Numbered from the stretch's first letter, positions 18,982 through 27,959 are shown. The stretch: DNA of 64,000 bases from Alphaproteobacteria bacterium (GCA_017546315.1 JAFYXH010000002.1:7736-71735), one strand, 5' to 3'. Translations and numbers: made by a program. Notes: a model not told the origin generated them from the sequence alone.

Positions 18982-19296
18982 ATGAGTGAAACTTTTAATA
19001 AAGACGATATAGAAAGCATAACACTTCAAGCGATTTTTTTGCGCCCATATCAAGAAATGAATGGCATAAGGGTTTATCCTTTAGAAAAAGAAAGCGAAGA
19101 AGTTGTGATAAAAAATATGGAAGGATGTCAAGAAGTAAATGATTTGACTTCACTTTCTGAAGCATTGGCAGATCCAGATGTCAAAAAAGTATATATTCCT
19201 AAATTTGCATCCATTACTTCCAAAGGTATGAAAGGAGTGTTGGCAAGAGCAAGCTTAACCAAGAATATATATTGTGCATTCAAGGTTGTATTGTAA
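18982..19296 (+). CDS. Hypothetical 104-aa protein, translationally coupled to the AAA_5 gene
   Basis: The ATG is 2 nt after the upstream stop (gggagataacaATG) and the operon terminator follows. I recognise no motif. Confidence 0.4.
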   Translation: MSETFNKDDIESITLQAIFLRPYQEMNGIRVYPLEKESEEVVIKNMEGCQEVNDLTSLSEALADPDVKKVYIPKFASITSKGMKGVLARASLTKNIYCAFKVVL

Positions 19297-19330
19297 AATA
19301 ATCAAAAATATAGTCTTTAAAAAACGAAAA

Positions 19331-19353
19331 GCAGGGAACTCCCTGCTTTTTTT
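19331..19353. terminator. Hairpin terminator closing the 12806-19296 operon (also serves the convergent gene)
   Basis: GCAGGGA-ac-TCCCTGC stem followed by T7, with an A-rich stretch on the other side. Confidence 0.6.
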
Positions 19354-20083
19354 AGTTAAGAACCATTCCGTGATGTTTTTTGATTTTTTGGATCATTAAA
19401 TCCTGCATTTCCAAGCAATAATCAAGATAAGAGATGAATAATTTTCTAAAACCGGCGTACTCATCATCAAATCCCGGAAAATTGTGAACAGAATATGCAA
19501 GCATTCTAGTCAAATCCATAGTTTCTAACTTTGTTCCTTTTCCTCCTTTTGAAATAAAAGAAGCAATGTTAAAACTATTGATAGCAAGCATTTCTTTGTA
19601 GAAGCTGTCATCTTGAACTTTTAAGACGAACTTCTCAAATGTAGTACCACTTGCATCAAAGTCAAAATCAAAACAGAAGAATTTGGAAGAAATCAAAGTT
19701 TTGACAACACCTAATGAAAAGTAATCCGCCAAATCCTTAGAGTAAGGCCAAGCAAACACAAGAGCTTCTCCTAAACTCTTAAAGGAATGAAAGGTTAAGA
19801 TGTTGATAAAATCAATCGAGATATCATCATCATTAAGTTCAAAAAACTTTTTTGCAATCTTAGGGCTAAAGACATATATATCAGAAGCCTCAAATTCGTG
19901 TTTTGATAAAATCTCATTGAAACCCTTATACCTCATAAGAGGGATACGCTCATCATCAGCTTTTAACAGTTGTGAAAAAGCTCTAGGAGTATCACTCAAT
20001 AAATTAAGGATTTCCTCAGCCTGATTTGATGTCAATTTAGCATTCTCATCAAAGAGAAGCTTTTTCATTTCTTTGTAGGTCAT
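19352..20083 (-). CDS. Hypothetical protein
   Basis: 243-aa ORF with no overlapping competitor and codon usage like its neighbours. No motif recognised. Confidence 0.45.
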   Translation of the reverse strand: MTYKEMKKLLFDENAKLTSNQAEEILNLLSDTPRAFSQLLKADDERIPLMRYKGFNEILSKHEFEASDIYVFSPKIAKKFFELNDDDISIDFINILTFHSFKSLGEALVFAWPYSKDLADYFSLGVVKTLISSKFFCFDFDFDASGTTFEKFVLKVQDDSFYKEMLAINSFNIASFISKGGKGTKLETMDLTRMLAYSVHNFPGFDDEYAGFRKLFISYLDYCLEMQDLMIQKIKKHHGMVLN

Positions 20084-20317
20084 AATTAAAATAATTGAAA
20101 CATGTATAAAATATCAAAAGAAATTTACAGCAAAAAAAGCATCTTGTCAAGATTATTTTGGACAAAAATATAAATAAAGACAAAAAAAACTTGCTTTTTA
20201 AAATAAACAACATAAAATGAAACTCTAAAAAATCTTATTCTGTCGATAAAATTATACTGTTAATTTTTGTCTTGAGATTTTCATAAAATAAAATGTCCAA
20301 CAATAAAATAAAAAATT

Positions 20318-21970
20318 ATGAAAAATTTACGAAAAACAATCTCGTTTCTTGCGATTTTAATTGCAAGTATTTGTGTTTTTTCAAGTTGTGCTGGCGAAGA
20401 TTCTAAACGATTACTTCAAAACCAACTTGTAAGCGATTACTTCTATCTATGGAGTTCTACTCAAAAAGGTGATACGATAATCTTTGATTGTCCTCAATCA
20501 TTAAAAGTAAGTTATGGGGATGATGAGTTAACTTTTAATCCAAGTGCTAGCGTTAAACTTTATGTGGTAAAAGATACCATATACATAAATTCGACCATGG
20601 ATATAAAGCCAACTCTTCAACAAGAAACCAATAAAAATTCTTCTTTTGGTTCTTCTCCAATAACTTATAAGTTAACTAAAAACTTTAACTTAAACGATGG
20701 TGAAGTAATTTGTGCAGAAGCAACCTATGAAGCTTATACATATTCTAAAGATGGTAAAGAAGAAAAACTTCCTTATATGTCAATTAGCTCCATAGACTTT
20801 CTATCTTCTAAAATAGAGCAATTTTCAAATTCAACCAGCTTGTTCAAAGCATTGCTTGATTTTGAAATAACTTGGAAAGAAGAAAATTCAACCCATACAG
20901 GTGAGCTTCCATGCACATTAGCTTACATTAAGAAACTCTCAACCAATACCCCAAAAGATGAAGAGCAAGAAAAAACTGATGAGTTGTTAAATACAAGCTA
21001 CACTCAAGGAATAAATTGGAAAGATAATAGTAGTTTTACTCTATTTGTAGAAAAAAAGGAAAACTGGAGCATAAGTGGTCAAAAAATCACTAAATATAAT
21101 TCTCCCACCCTTCAATTTTACTTAAATTCTAAAGAAAACAAAGTAAAGGAAGTCGAAAGTTTCAATTTTTCTCATCAAGAAGAAAGCTCAACAACTTCCA
21201 ACAATCTAAGCCAAGAAGGATGGCAAATAACTAAAACAGAGATAACAAAGACCTTCAAATATTCTAATTCTAAAGATAGCTTTGAAGATACATTTGTATA
21301 TCCAACATACACCACATCCTTAAACTTAGACGGTAAAAACTTTCCTTTTGAATTAAATTTTGTATTTAACGCAACCGCATCACAAACTTCTAGCATATCC
21401 ACCTCTTCAACCAACATCACCAAGGGCGTATTAAGCTTTGATGGTAAAACATTAGAAAAAGAAGTTATAACAACTCTTAATCTAAAGACCTCTACCACAC
21501 CAGAAGATGAAAACATTCCAACTCACGGAAAAATCTTAGGTCATTTCATCTCCGCAGTGTATGATCCATCAAGCAATATAACCAAAAGATGTGTGGTAAT
21601 CCGTTATGAAGAAGGTTATCACTGGGGAATATGTCCTTATGAACAGTATTTTCCAGATGAATTTACTTATACTCAAAGCGGATTTTCTGGCTTTAATTCT
21701 GTAGCTTTTGATAAGCAAAGTGGTAAATATCGCATAGCAAGGGCAACAGAAAATTCATCAGCCATTTATTGGTATAGAGAAGACAATACTCTTATTTCAG
21801 GAATAGATTTTGTCAGTTGTAAAGTGTTAGGATGGAAAAATATCGTAGCAGGCAAATATAGCTACAAGATGAATGCTTATCAAGAAGAGCTATCATCAAA
21901 CTCCTATACCCTAACCATCACTGCACCTGATGGAAGCAAAAAAACTTTCAAATCCCAAAAAAGAGACTAA
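20318..21970 (+). CDS. Putative S/T/N-rich lipoprotein
   Basis: 550 aa. The signal peptide ends in a lipobox-like VFSS-C (MKNLRKTISFLAILIASICVFSSCAGED). The rest has no recognisable domain. Confidence 0.55.
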   Translation: MKNLRKTISFLAILIASICVFSSCAGEDSKRLLQNQLVSDYFYLWSSTQKGDTIIFDCPQSLKVSYGDDELTFNPSASVKLYVVKDTIYINSTMDIKPTLQQETNKNSSFGSSPITYKLTKNFNLNDGEVICAEATYEAYTYSKDGKEEKLPYMSISSIDFLSSKIEQFSNSTSLFKALLDFEITWKEENSTHTGELPCTLAYIKKLSTNTPKDEEQEKTDELLNTSYTQGINWKDNSSFTLFVEKKENWSISGQKITKYNSPTLQFYLNSKENKVKEVESFNFSHQEESSTTSNNLSQEGWQITKTEITKTFKYSNSKDSFEDTFVYPTYTTSLNLDGKNFPFELNFVFNATASQTSSISTSSTNITKGVLSFDGKTLEKEVITTLNLKTSTTPEDENIPTHGKILGHFISAVYDPSSNITKRCVVIRYEEGYHWGICPYEQYFPDEFTYTQSGFSGFNSVAFDKQSGKYRIARATENSSAIYWYREDNTLISGIDFVSCKVLGWKNIVAGKYSYKMNAYQEELSSNSYTLTITAPDGSKKTFKSQKRD

Positions 21971-21978
21971 AGAAGAAA

Positions 21979-22011
21979 TCCTCTCCCCTTAAACAGGGAG
22001 GGGATTTTTTT
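21979..22011 (+). terminator. Rho-independent terminator
   Basis: Imperfect TCCTCTCCCC/GGGAGGGGA hairpin followed by T7. Confidence 0.5.
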
Positions 22012-22079
22012 GTTCTAAATGGTTGACAAGGCCGTTATTGGTTGCTATTTTTTTCTAACACAATACAAAGGAGACAAAT

Positions 22080-22949
22080 ATGACATCATTTACGGACAAT
22101 CTAAAAGTTAAATCCCAATATTTCTTACCCAAAACCTTTCTTTCAAGATTAGCTGGTCAATTAGCTTCCGCAGAAATGGGTAAATTTACAACATTCCTAA
22201 TTGATAGCTTTATTAAGCACTATAATATCAATATGAAAGAAGCAAAAATTACAGATACTACAAAATACAAAACATTTAATGACTTTTTTACTCGTGAACT
22301 AAAAAAAGGCGCACGTCCCATCGTTGAAGATAAAAAAGTAATAACAATGCCCGCAGATGGTGCAATAAGCCAAATGGGGGAAATTTATAAAGATGCCATA
22401 TTGCAAGCTAAAAATCATTATTATAGCTTAGAGGCTTTGGTTGGGGGAAATCAAGATGATGCTAAATATTTTGAAAATGGCACATTTCTAACCACATATC
22501 TCTCTCCCAAAGACTATCACCGTGTTCACATGCCATACACCGGAAAGTTAGAAAAAATGGTGTTTATTCCAGGAGATTTGTTCTCAGTTAATCCATTAAC
22601 CGCTCAAAATGTAGATAATTTATTTGCAAGAAATGAGCGTGTTGTATGTTTTTTTAAAAACGAGAAAATAGGGCGATTTGCTGTTGTAATGGTTGGTGCG
22701 ACCATTGTTGCTAGTATAGAAACTGTCTTTGCTGGAACAGTTGCTCCAAAATGTGGCAAAGAGATAACTATCTACGATTACAGAAAGGATAATATTGTTT
22801 TAGAAAAAGGTGAAGAGCTAGGTCGTTTCAAGTTAGGAAGCACAACAATTTGCCTCTTTGAGCCTAAAAAAATAACTCTTGCCAAAGGGCTTACAAGCTC
22901 TACTCAAGTAAAGATGGGTACAATTTTAGGTGAAATAAATTCTAAATAA
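22080..22949 (+). CDS. psd: Phosphatidylserine decarboxylase proenzyme
   Basis: 289 aa with YLSPKDYHRVHMP and the LGST self-cleavage site (FKLGSTTI). Confidence 0.9.
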   Translation: MTSFTDNLKVKSQYFLPKTFLSRLAGQLASAEMGKFTTFLIDSFIKHYNINMKEAKITDTTKYKTFNDFFTRELKKGARPIVEDKKVITMPADGAISQMGEIYKDAILQAKNHYYSLEALVGGNQDDAKYFENGTFLTTYLSPKDYHRVHMPYTGKLEKMVFIPGDLFSVNPLTAQNVDNLFARNERVVCFFKNEKIGRFAVVMVGATIVASIETVFAGTVAPKCGKEITIYDYRKDNIVLEKGEELGRFKLGSTTICLFEPKKITLAKGLTSSTQVKMGTILGEINSK

Positions 22950-22968
22950 ATTAAACCAACTTAAATTT

Positions 22969-22995
22969 AAGCCCCTTTTTTAGGGGCTTATTTTG
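22969..22995 (+). terminator. Rho-independent terminator
   Basis: AAGCCCC-tttttta-GGGGCTT stem followed by a T-rich run. Confidence 0.55.
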
Positions 22996-23032
22996 TATAA
23001 AGAAAATTCTCAAATAGACCAACAAAGTTTTT

Positions 23033-24178
23033 TTACTTATTTACGACCTCATTAAGCAGTTTCTCCCATTTATCGATAATAATCTCTGGGCTATAATTCT
23101 TCATATCTTCTCTTGCATTTTTACCCATCTTAATGCGAAACTCTTTATCAATCATCAATGTTTTAAGTTTATTAGCAAAGTCATCAACATCCTCTGCTAA
23201 AAATCCATTATGTCCATCAACAATAACTTCGTTAATAGAATGAGCATGCTTAAACCCAATATGAGGAAGTCCATATGCCATCGCATCAGCAATAGCAAGG
23301 CTAAAACCTTCGCAATTAGATGGAAAAGCATGGATATCAGCACTTCTATATGTAGAAGGTAAGTCTTTTGTATATCCCATCATAAACACCTGATTTTGAA
23401 GTCCGTTGTTTTCGATATAATCCATAATTTCTTTGCCGTATTCAGGATATTTATTCAAACCATAAATCTCAACTTTCCAATCAGGGAAATCTTTAGCAAT
23501 TTTATTGAATGCTTCAACCAAAACATGGGGTTGTTTAACGCTTTTTTCAATTCTTGCTATATAGATAATCTTTTTCTTTTCAACGCTCAAATCCACAATG
23601 TCTTTATCAGCAATTTGTTCAACTGGGTTTGCAATCACTTCAATATTCTTAGGTTCAAACCATTTGTCAATATCATATGCAAAAGAAGGTAATAACACAT
23701 GAAAAGTATCAATTTTTTTGAAACTCTTTTTATATAACCATTTAACCAAGAAAGATTTTTTAAGATATTTATCAAGAATAAGTGGAGGCCAGTTATGTAT
23801 CATCTGCACAATTGGAATATTGTGATTCTGAAATCTTGTAATGTTAAATAAATCTGTTGGAAAATAAGAAATGATAACATCAGGCTTTTCTTGTTTAATC
23901 AATTTGTTAAAACGAAAATAAGGAACAATAGCTTTTGCTCTAAAGCGGTGGTATAAATCAACAACCGAATTTTCATTTCTTCCACTTAAGTTGCAAACTC
24001 TAACATTTTTATGCAAAACAAATTGAGGAGACAATGTCCCTAATTTAGAATATGTATCACATGCAATAAGAACTTCATGTCCACGTTCAGCCAAAAGATT
24101 AGCTAAATAAATAAGCCAATTCGTATTTAATACATTTCTATCTCTTGCAAGCATTATCTTCATTGTTATAAACTCCAT
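23033..24178 (-). CDS. GT4-family (GT-B fold) glycosyltransferase
   Basis: 381 aa with the C-terminal PS..EGFSLAIADAMAYGLP block typical of Glycos_transf_1 enzymes. Confidence 0.8.
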   Translation of the reverse strand: MEFITMKIMLARDRNVLNTNWLIYLANLLAERGHEVLIACDTYSKLGTLSPQFVLHKNVRVCNLSGRNENSVVDLYHRFRAKAIVPYFRFNKLIKQEKPDVIISYFPTDLFNITRFQNHNIPIVQMIHNWPPLILDKYLKKSFLVKWLYKKSFKKIDTFHVLLPSFAYDIDKWFEPKNIEVIANPVEQIADKDIVDLSVEKKKIIYIARIEKSVKQPHVLVEAFNKIAKDFPDWKVEIYGLNKYPEYGKEIMDYIENNGLQNQVFMMGYTKDLPSTYRSADIHAFPSNCEGFSLAIADAMAYGLPHIGFKHAHSINEVIVDGHNGFLAEDVDDFANKLKTLMIDKEFRIKMGKNAREDMKNYSPEIIIDKWEKLLNEVVNK

Positions 24179-24817
24179 TTATTTACAAAAAAATCTTAAA
24201 AAATCAAAAGAAGAGGGCGCAAGCCAAAAACAAATGTTTGCTTCCTTAACTCCTAATTCCTTACAAATGCCAATTCTATGATGTCCTTGTAATATCTGGT
24301 CTTTAATTCCAAATTTTCGGTTAATCATCACAATCATTGGATTTTTTTCATCATATCCATTGTTTTTAATTGAATTATATAGCTCATTATACCTCAAAAC
24401 AGCTTCTTCTTTAGATATTTGCCATTTTTTATTAGTCCATTGATAAGCATTTTCTCTGTTTCGTTCTCCTCTTGTAAGCTTTGCCTCCAAAAGCCTTTCA
24501 AAACAAACTCTAAAGCTTGTGTTGTTCTTAACATAAAATTTTCTTTTCAATGGTTTAATAAGTGTGATAAAAAATCCAATTATCGGATGATAGTCATTAT
24601 AAATGACTTTTGTTTTTATAAAATCATCATTGTCTGCAGATAGAAGCATCTCTTTGCCACTAACTAAAAATACTCCATCGCTTTCAACTTTAATATAGCA
24701 AACGCCATCTTCAAATTTTTTAGCATAATCAATATTCTTAACTTCTAATTTTTTTAGGTCATAAGCCTTAATAAAATAAAAACAAGAAGATAAACTAAAA
24801 CAAGCCATATCACCCAT
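24179..24817 (-). CDS. ParB/Srx-fold (ParB-like N-terminal domain) protein embedded in a glycan cluster
   Basis: 212 aa. The C-terminal PMIVMIN....ILQGHHRIGICKELGVKEANICF matches the iidGhHRl.a...lG...i.v consensus of the ParB-like nuclease/NTPase domain. Its stop directly abuts the GT4 start. Confidence 0.4.
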   Translation of the reverse strand: MGDMACFSLSSCFYFIKAYDLKKLEVKNIDYAKKFEDGVCYIKVESDGVFLVSGKEMLLSADNDDFIKTKVIYNDYHPIIGFFITLIKPLKRKFYVKNNTSFRVCFERLLEAKLTRGERNRENAYQWTNKKWQISKEEAVLRYNELYNSIKNNGYDEKNPMIVMINRKFGIKDQILQGHHRIGICKELGVKEANICFWLAPSSFDFLRFFCK

Positions 24818-24983
24818 TCCTAAACAAAAAATATATATTCTTGAATATATTAAAACGTCAAGAACCGCAATTAAAATATCTAACTATTAACATTTTTTCT
24901 GTGAAGAACTTAAAAATACCTTGTCAAAAAGCTAAATATAATTCTAAAATATCTCATAACATAATAATCTTAAAGGTAAAATA

Positions 24984-25352
24984 ATGGATATAAACTCCAA
25001 AAATTTAGCAGAAACAACCATTAAAATGTTGGGTGATCGCTGGAAAGTTCAGATTATCGAATGTCTTATGGATGGTAGCAAGCGCTTTGGTGAGTTAAAA
25101 AAAGAACTTGGAGATATTACGCAAAAAGTTCTCACATCAAATTTGCGCATGCTAGAAGAAAATGGTATATTAGTGCGTCATGTTTATGCCGAGATTCCTC
25201 CTCGAGTAGATTATACTCTAACAGCCATCGGATATAACCTAAAGCCTGTTATAGACTCTATGGTTGCTTGGGCTGAAGAGTATAGAGAATTATTGCTACA
25301 AGAACTAAAAGATATTGAATTAAGCTCTAAAGTTGCTCCCACACAAATTTAA
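24984..25352 (+). CDS. HxlR-family winged-helix transcriptional regulator
   Basis: 122 aa with GDRWKVQIIECL..G..RFGELKK....ITQKVLTSNLRMLEENGILVR..Y.EIPPRVDYTLT, the canonical HxlR signature. Confidence 0.85.
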   Translation: MDINSKNLAETTIKMLGDRWKVQIIECLMDGSKRFGELKKELGDITQKVLTSNLRMLEENGILVRHVYAEIPPRVDYTLTAIGYNLKPVIDSMVAWAEEYRELLLQELKDIELSSKVAPTQI

Positions 25353-25380
25353 AAAAGAGATTTATTCAAATAAAAAAAAA

Positions 25381-25402
25381 GCAAGGTTTTCCTTGCTTTT
25401 TC
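25381..25402. terminator. Bidirectional hairpin terminator
   Basis: A9 run, GCAAGG-tttt-CCTTGC stem, then a T-run. It lies between the convergent hxlR-like and GT2 genes. Confidence 0.55.
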
Positions 25403-25415
25403 TTTTTGCAATTTT

Positions 25416-26390
25416 TTATATATTTTTATCTTGCTTTTTGGATCTTAGTATCCCCTCTAAGCTCAAAAATCTTTTTGCAATCTTGTCAAGATGTTCAAAA
25501 CAAGGATTAAGCTTAAAAGTTTTAACCAATAAGTAATACCCAAAATCCCAAGTCAAATAAGGATTTTTAATATTTTTCTTTACATACTTCCAGTTAGAAG
25601 AAATTGCTCTTTCATATAGTTTTAGTACATCTTTTGGGCGTAAAACCTCTTGAAAATCTTTAAGCATATAATAGTTTGCAAAGAATCTATCATTATCAAG
25701 TTGAACTGTGTTTTTACTCAAATTGTTAGTTTCCTTTGGTACCAAAATAACATTAGAAAACATTCTAATAGCACCATTTGCAAGTCTTCCCACTCTAAGG
25801 GGTATTGTTTCATCTTGGATAAATACTCGCTCATCAGCGCCACCTGCTTTTTGTAATATCTCACGCTTTATGAGTTGCCCCATGCGTATAAAGTGCCCCC
25901 CAAGAACCGCTTGCATAGCATCGGGAAAATACTTATAAGAAAAGTTTTCATCCATTACTTCATTAGAAATAAGCCAAGGTTCTTTTCCTGTTTTAGTAAA
26001 TTTGCCATAAACCATATCAGCATTATGTAAATTTGCTAACTCAATCATTTTAATTGTCGAATCTAATGGTAAAATATCGTCGCTATCAAGCATTCTAACC
26101 CATTTGCCTCTTGCGAGCTTAATTCCTTGGTTTACAGTAATGCTAATGCCGTCATTAACCTCTTTAGCTACAATCACAACATTTTTTATATTTTTTGTTT
26201 TCTCTCTTAGTATTTCAACAGATTTATCTTTAGATACATCATCAATAAAGATGAACTCAGGGTTTTTAAGCCCAGTTTGATTTAATAAAGCATCTAATAC
26301 CGAAGGTAAGTAATATTCCTTGTTATAAACAGACATAACAAAAGAAACATCAATTTCTTCATTTTCTAAAGTATCGTTATTCATGAGCAC
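25416..26390 (-). CDS. GT2-family (GT-A fold) glycosyltransferase
   Basis: 324 aa with VSFVMSVYN..YL...LDALLNQT and FIFIDDVSKDKS, plus an LDSDD (DxD) motif. Confidence 0.8.
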   Translation of the reverse strand: MLMNNDTLENEEIDVSFVMSVYNKEYYLPSVLDALLNQTGLKNPEFIFIDDVSKDKSVEILREKTKNIKNVVIVAKEVNDGISITVNQGIKLARGKWVRMLDSDDILPLDSTIKMIELANLHNADMVYGKFTKTGKEPWLISNEVMDENFSYKYFPDAMQAVLGGHFIRMGQLIKREILQKAGGADERVFIQDETIPLRVGRLANGAIRMFSNVILVPKETNNLSKNTVQLDNDRFFANYYMLKDFQEVLRPKDVLKLYERAISSNWKYVKKNIKNPYLTWDFGYYLLVKTFKLNPCFEHLDKIAKRFLSLEGILRSKKQDKNI

Positions 26391-26447
26391 CGACCAAAAA
26401 AATTAAACCTTTTACAAAAGACTATACAAACAATATAAAATCACAAG

Positions 26448-27182
26448 CTAAAATTTGATACTATTAACTTCTTTTCCCATATCATATTCAACAATCCTCT
26501 TAAGGTTACCATGTTTGTCAAATTCTTTTGCTTTACCGTTTAGTTTTCCTTTTTTACATTTGGCCAAAACTTTAGGTTTTTCATCCTCATAATAGCTTTC
26601 CGTTCTACCATTGCATAAACCTCTAGAAAAGTCTGCATAAGTAATGAGATGATTATCTTGAGTGTAAAATCTTTGTGGTCCATGTTGTTTGTTTTTAAGA
26701 TAAGTTTTGGTGTGTTTTACTGCTCCATTGGTGTAATATTCTTCAAATAGACCATTCTTTAAGCCGTTTTTGTAGCTCTCTTTACGCAAAAGATTGCCGT
26801 TTTCATAATAAAATAATCTTCCACCACTAAGCTCGCCCTTTTTGTAAAAACTAACTTCTTTTTCGTTTCCATTGTCATAATATAAAACTACTTTACCATT
26901 TGGTAAACCATCTAAAAATTGACCGTTAAGAATGATTTTTCCCTTTTTATTGTAAGATAGATAAAGTCCAGAGATTTTGCCATTAACATAATGTATCTCA
27001 TCTTCAAGTCTCATGGTTTTGGAGTATCGGTGATAAACACCCGTAATGGGTTTGTTGTTAGCATCATATCTCAAACCATCTTTTTCAACGGATGTCTTAT
27101 CAGTATAAAGAGCCGTAAATTGCCCAACATGGCAAGCATTTAAGCATAAAAGTAATAACAAAACCCAAAATTTATTCATCAA
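26448..27182 (-). CDS. Secreted MORN-variant (YwqK-like) repeat protein
   Basis: 244 aa with a signal peptide (MMNKFWVLLLLLCLNA). It has about 7 repeats of the Y..NG....E..Y..G...G form. Confidence 0.7.
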   Translation of the reverse strand: MMNKFWVLLLLLCLNACHVGQFTALYTDKTSVEKDGLRYDANNKPITGVYHRYSKTMRLEDEIHYVNGKISGLYLSYNKKGKIILNGQFLDGLPNGKVVLYYDNGNEKEVSFYKKGELSGGRLFYYENGNLLRKESYKNGLKNGLFEEYYTNGAVKHTKTYLKNKQHGPQRFYTQDNHLITYADFSRGLCNGRTESYYEDEKPKVLAKCKKGKLNGKAKEFDKHGNLKRIVEYDMGKEVNSIKF

Positions 27183-27290
27183 TACCTTCCTTTCTATGTA
27201 ATAATGCTTATATTGTTCGTGTTAATAAAGAGTTAATATATGACTTTTCTAAATCAATATTATACAATTTAGTATTATGAAAGGAAGATT

Positions 27291-27959
27291 ATGCAAGAAG
27301 CGTTATATACATTCACAAATGGTTTATATGTAATAGGGGTGTTTGATAAAAAATATTATGCCGGAGCATTAGTTGATTCTATAACTCAAATATCAGCCAC
27401 ACCTTTTCTTGTAATGCTTTCAATGATGAATAGCTCATACACTAAATCCTGTATAGATAAAGAAAAAGAGTTTTCATTGAGCGTGTTGCCAGAAGATGTA
27501 GATCCATTCGTTGTTGCAAATTTTGGTTTCCAATCAAGTAGTAATGTGAAAAAATGGGAGCAGATAGATTATGAAAAGCACGATTCCTTGCCCTTTATAA
27601 AAGAAGCTCTAGCTCAGATTAAGCTAAAAGTAATAGATAAAATAATTTATCCTCATAATACAATTTTTATATCAGAAGCAATAGCTTGTTATCAGATAAG
27701 AAATGGTAGGCCATTGACCTATAAATATTATCGAGAAAACTTAAAACCGCTCTGTCAAAAAGCTCTAGGCATGAAAGCAAATTGTAGTCTAAAAACTAAT
27801 CCCAAAGAAAAATCAGAAAAAATAGCTAATCATTCCAAAAAATGGGTATGCTCTATTTGTCAATATGTTTATGATGATAAAATCCCATTTGAGGATTTAG
27901 ACGCAAGCTGGCGTTGTCCTTTTTGTGGTGTTTCTAAAGAAATGTTTGAGTTAATATAA
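27291..27959 (+). CDS. Flavin reductase-like domain fused to a C-terminal rubredoxin
   Basis: 222 aa. The N-terminal FMN-binding split-barrel pattern is ([11 protein letters not shown]....[11 protein letters not shown]). The C-terminus has two CxxC knuckles ([12 protein letters not shown] ... [10 protein letters not shown]). Confidence 0.75.
   Translation: MQEALYTFTNGLYVIGVFDKKYYAGALVDSITQISATPFLVMLSMMNSSYTKSCIDKEKEFSLSVLPEDVDPFVVANFGFQSSSNVKKWEQIDYEKHDSLPFIKEALAQIKLKVIDKIIYPHNTIFISEAIACYQIRNGRPLTYKYYRENLKPLCQKALGMKANCSLKTNPKEKSEKIANHSKKWVCSICQYVYDDKIPFEDLDASWRCPFCGVSKEMFELI

Noticed and set aside
25333-25536. 67-aa ORF overlapping the end of the hxlR-like gene
   Set aside because: It runs through the bidirectional terminator hairpin and into the 3' end of the convergent GT2 gene, so it is not credible as a gene.
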